A DNA stretch of 64,000 nt from an uncultured Bacteroidota bacterium (GTDB lineage: Bacteria > Bacteroidota > Bacteroidia > AKYH767-A > 2013-40CM-41-45): positions 30,814-94,813 of the forward strand of contig CAVZJJ010000004.1 of the NCBI GenBank assembly GCA_963775555.1, given 5' to 3'. Below, piece by piece: positions 63,301 through 64,000 of the stretch. The notes under the pieces were generated by a model that had not been told where the DNA came from, did not search any database, and saw only the letters and a list, made by a program, of their open reading frames with translations. A program made the position numbers and the translations under genes. How positions within the stretch are numbered: position 1 is the stretch's first letter; each line of letters begins with the position of its first letter.

Positions 63301-64000
63301 CATTGGAAATCAGTCGCAGGCTTGCAGTTGGAATGGCTCCGTAAAGAAGATTATTGGATGAGTCGGAGGGTATAATATAGCTGAAGGGAGGATTGTTCGA
63401 GATGAATGGAATATTCTGATTGGGATCCAGCGTATATTCTCCAAGGTCGGAGAAGGCGACAATGTTCCTGTTTTGATTACTCTGGGAAGAGACGAAAGAA
63501 CGTGAAGTAACCCATACTTCAAGCCGGGTGATATTTACGCCGGATGCAATATGATTCAGGTCACGGAGACTATTATCGTACTGATCCTTGAAATACTGAG
63601 CCAGGAAGAAGTGGCGGTTGGCATCGTACTGATCCGATTTAATATCGAAAGTCACAGTTTGAGCGCCACCCTGTACTTCGATGTTTTTGGTTTCACCTTT
63701 TTGCTGCGAGAACACACTCGTCACTGTCAGCTTGCCAAACTGCAACTGGGTTTTAATCCCAAACAAACTTTGCGAACCCGTGATGAGCTGTGTACTTAGG
63801 GGCAGAGTGACGTCTCCTGCTTCGATTTTTTTGATGATATCATCCTCGTAACCGGTGTATTCGAGTTTCACTTTATTCTCGAAGTCAAAAGTGGCTTCGG
63901 TATTGTAATTCATGGTGAGCTTCATCTTGTCACCGATGTTGGCGATGACATTCATCTGAATCTTCTCCTTGAAATCGAATGTGGTTACAGTCCGCTGTTT
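57341..64000 (-). CDS. sprA: T9SS translocon / cell-surface protein SprA (Sov), 5'-truncated by the window edge
   Basis: More than 2,200 codons. The frame stays open beyond the ORF-track Met at 63955 to the window end. It has a characteristic SprA N-terminal region (LEYTGYEDDIIKKIEAGDVTLPL..LITGSQSLFGIKTQLQFGKL) and a beta-barrel C-terminus ending ...NAGISIRFTLAQ. Confidence 0.9.
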   Translation of the reverse strand, partial: KQRTVTTFDFKEKIQMNVIANIGDKMKLTMNYNTEATFDFENKVKLEYTGYEDDIIKKIEAGDVTLPLSTQLITGSQSLFGIKTQLQFGKLTVTSVFSQQKGETKNIEVQGGAQTVTFDIKSDQYDANRHFFLAQYFKDQYDNSLRDLNHIASGVNITRLEVWVTSRSFVSSQSNQNRNIVAFSDLGEYTLDPNQNIPFISNNPPFSYIIPSDSSNNLLYGAIPTASLRLISNASSVLDPLASTGFARTRNFETVENARMLQPNEYTLNPQLGYISLNTTLEPNQVLAVAYEYTYGGQAHQVGELSTSAIAVPPEALFVKLIRSTNFTPKYYTWDLMMKNIYSLNGYNISRDRFRLDVLYQDDRIGGNINYIPDGCTDVQGVPLIRLLNLDDLNTNGDPQPDGLFDFQNGITINSQSGRIIFPVREPFGSYLRQQFCGDTTLADKYGYYALYDSTKTAAQQQPEKNKFSLRGTYQSSAGSDIPLNAINVPQGSVKVTAGGRQLTENVEYTVDYTLGRVKIIDEGILRSNTPISISLESSSLFNLQTKTMLGGRFDYVFNKDLQVGATVLYLQERPLTQKVNIGDEPIANTMVGVDGNYRTDSRFLTKMLDKLPFYNTKETSTITMSGEVAKLFPGHSKAVGAAGTSYVDDFEGAITPLDMKNPGSWFLASTPLGQTEPGMFPESQYNDSLVYGFNRARTAWYYVDPLFQRDQGGITPPDIDENDQSNNFVREIPQAEIFPNKSQPNGPQTITCMNVAFYPEERGPYNYDVLPLSGISSGMNADGTLKDPLSRWGGIMRKIETNDFEASNIEFIQFWMMDPFADGTLNDGTGGELYFNLGSLSEDILRDGHKSFENGLPASTNNYTVGNSAWGRYPIEQSIVNAFDNDPASRTAQDVGLDGLDDDAERTFFQNQFLGPISANFPAALPNAQADPSNDDYKYFLDPNFSTIDAPPLERYKYYNGHQGNSPANGTINGVQSTATSIPDAEDINRDNNMDVGENYYQYKVNVKQSEMVVGQNYITDMIESPVRFANNTTGTIKWYQFKIPVKSPEKTIGEVDLQNIRFVRMFMKRFESPIVCRFAKLEFLRGEWRRYNFSLLQPGEYSPTPEVPGSTQFDIASVSVEENGSRQPIPYVLPPGIEKERDISTTQLSTLNEQSLVLRVCELPDGDGRAAYKNTEVDIRAYKKLKMFIHAESAGASDNLQNGDLHAFVRLGSDFNDNYYEYEIPLIISPWGSISRESVWPEGNNMEIDLEKLVDAKLLRNNAILANSTVTLLTPFRVTDGDRTIIIKGTPNLSSVRSIMIGVRNPKDPNGDGPKICAEVWVNELRLSDFDEKGGWAATARVTTKLADLGTFTVTGLRSTAGWGSIEKKVSERDKETRSSYDIATTLELGKFLPEKSGIKVPMYFGYGEMFINPEYNPLDPDVKLSKALDAAPNTETRDSVKKQVQDYTQRKNLNFTNVRKVKTRSGAKSHIYDVENLNFAYAYTEIYQRNYNIEYSLAKTYQGVVGYNFNTSSKPITPFEKSKSLSKKSLRLIKDFNFNPLPSGLNFRFSLDRTYAETQLRNNSGLAFILEPTFIKTYTMQRNYGLIWDFTKSLKFDFNSDARATIDEPAGRLDTKEERDSVRSNLFSMGRLTQYHHGLNLTYNVPFNKVPILDWLNGNIRYGGNYNWQSSPLYRDSIDDLIKPNPWANTIQNSLTMQYNASITFTTLYNKIGYLRKINTPTISRGRESARPVKVKLPKDSLNAQNDTMKVAKKPVLEPVLKEFLKVLMMVKNAAVSYSQTDGTMLPGFRGTPEFLGQDLNFNGQKGAPGWGFLVGSQKDPRPEAVKYNWLTTDTTLNSFFTTTHQENFTARLSAEPFKSLKIEITGNRNFTLSHSEYYRYGSDGVFRSYSPTENGNFSISYLTWNTHFVNDAKDYSNKNFETFKNNLITESMLMASTNPNAPGTIDTSGYQSGYGRSQQEVLTYAFLAAYSGKDPSLKMNERFPKIPRPNWRVTYDGLGRLKAFQKIIQSFSLSHGYRSTYSINSFTQNLLYEELNNSPSRRDTAGNFIPLYAIQQVTIAEQLAPLIGIDITWKNSLQTRFEIKRDRSLTLAYSNIQITEVRGIEYVLGLGYKIKRVTFPFSIGRGRKPTNDLSLRADFNLRKNTTILRKLVENTNQPSSGSQTVGVKLSADYPITDRFNIRAFYDWNANDPFVSSSYPTSNTNAGISIRFTLAQ

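Noticed and set aside
1-64000. Search by eye for tRNA, rRNA, tmRNA, RNase P, transposase, integrase or phage genes
   Set aside because: I did not recognise any. The intergenic regions are short except for 13.7-14.8, 50.1-50.9 and 54.9-55.8 kb, and none of these showed a tRNA-like cloverleaf or transposase-like ORFs. A covariance-model scan would be needed to be sure.

Overview
Bacteroidota-type chromosomal window. Evidence for the phylum: the T9SS translocon gene sprA, a type-A T9SS C-terminal sorting domain, a DUF4296 lipoprotein next to pyrC, and TAnnTTTG -7 promoter boxes with very short leaders. About 24 ordinary housekeeping genes flank the dominant feature: sucA-sucB, thpR, a nifU-like gene, nadB, tyrS, a GT2-pyrC-DUF4296 operon, acs, ruvB, queG, ubiX, vanZ, gcvH and sprA. 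The dominant feature is a 29.4-kb locus (14,770-44,266, 46% of the window). The ORF track splits it into 992 + 8,835 codons, but it reads as one secreted protein of about 9,800 codons interrupted by a single extra base near 17,719. Its N-terminal 15 kb is a mosaic of LamG, Fn3-like, DNRLRE, metallophosphoesterase, N,N-dimethylformamidase-like, DUF4082, Ig-like and ConA-like modules. Its last 14 kb is a head-to-tail array of 94 copies of a 147-bp (49-aa) two-cysteine repeat that I cannot assign to a named family. The array contains kb-scale near-identical internal duplications and shows strong synonymous-only divergence between unit subfamilies. The protein ends in a module with dockerin-like loops instead of a T9SS sorting domain, and a strong intrinsic terminator follows. 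A second large surface protein (1,332 codons from the ATG at 54,889: unknown N-domain, beta-helix, 3 cadherin repeats, T9SS type-A CTD) lies at 50.9-54.9 kb. Both large surface-protein genes have unusually long AT-rich upstream regions that share a 43-bp repeat. Other oddities are a TyrS whose HIGH signature reads GVGN, and several GC-rich or long hairpin elements in intergenic DNA. I recognised no rRNA, tRNA, CRISPR array or intact mobile element. All domain names come from motif recognition by eye; no database search was run.
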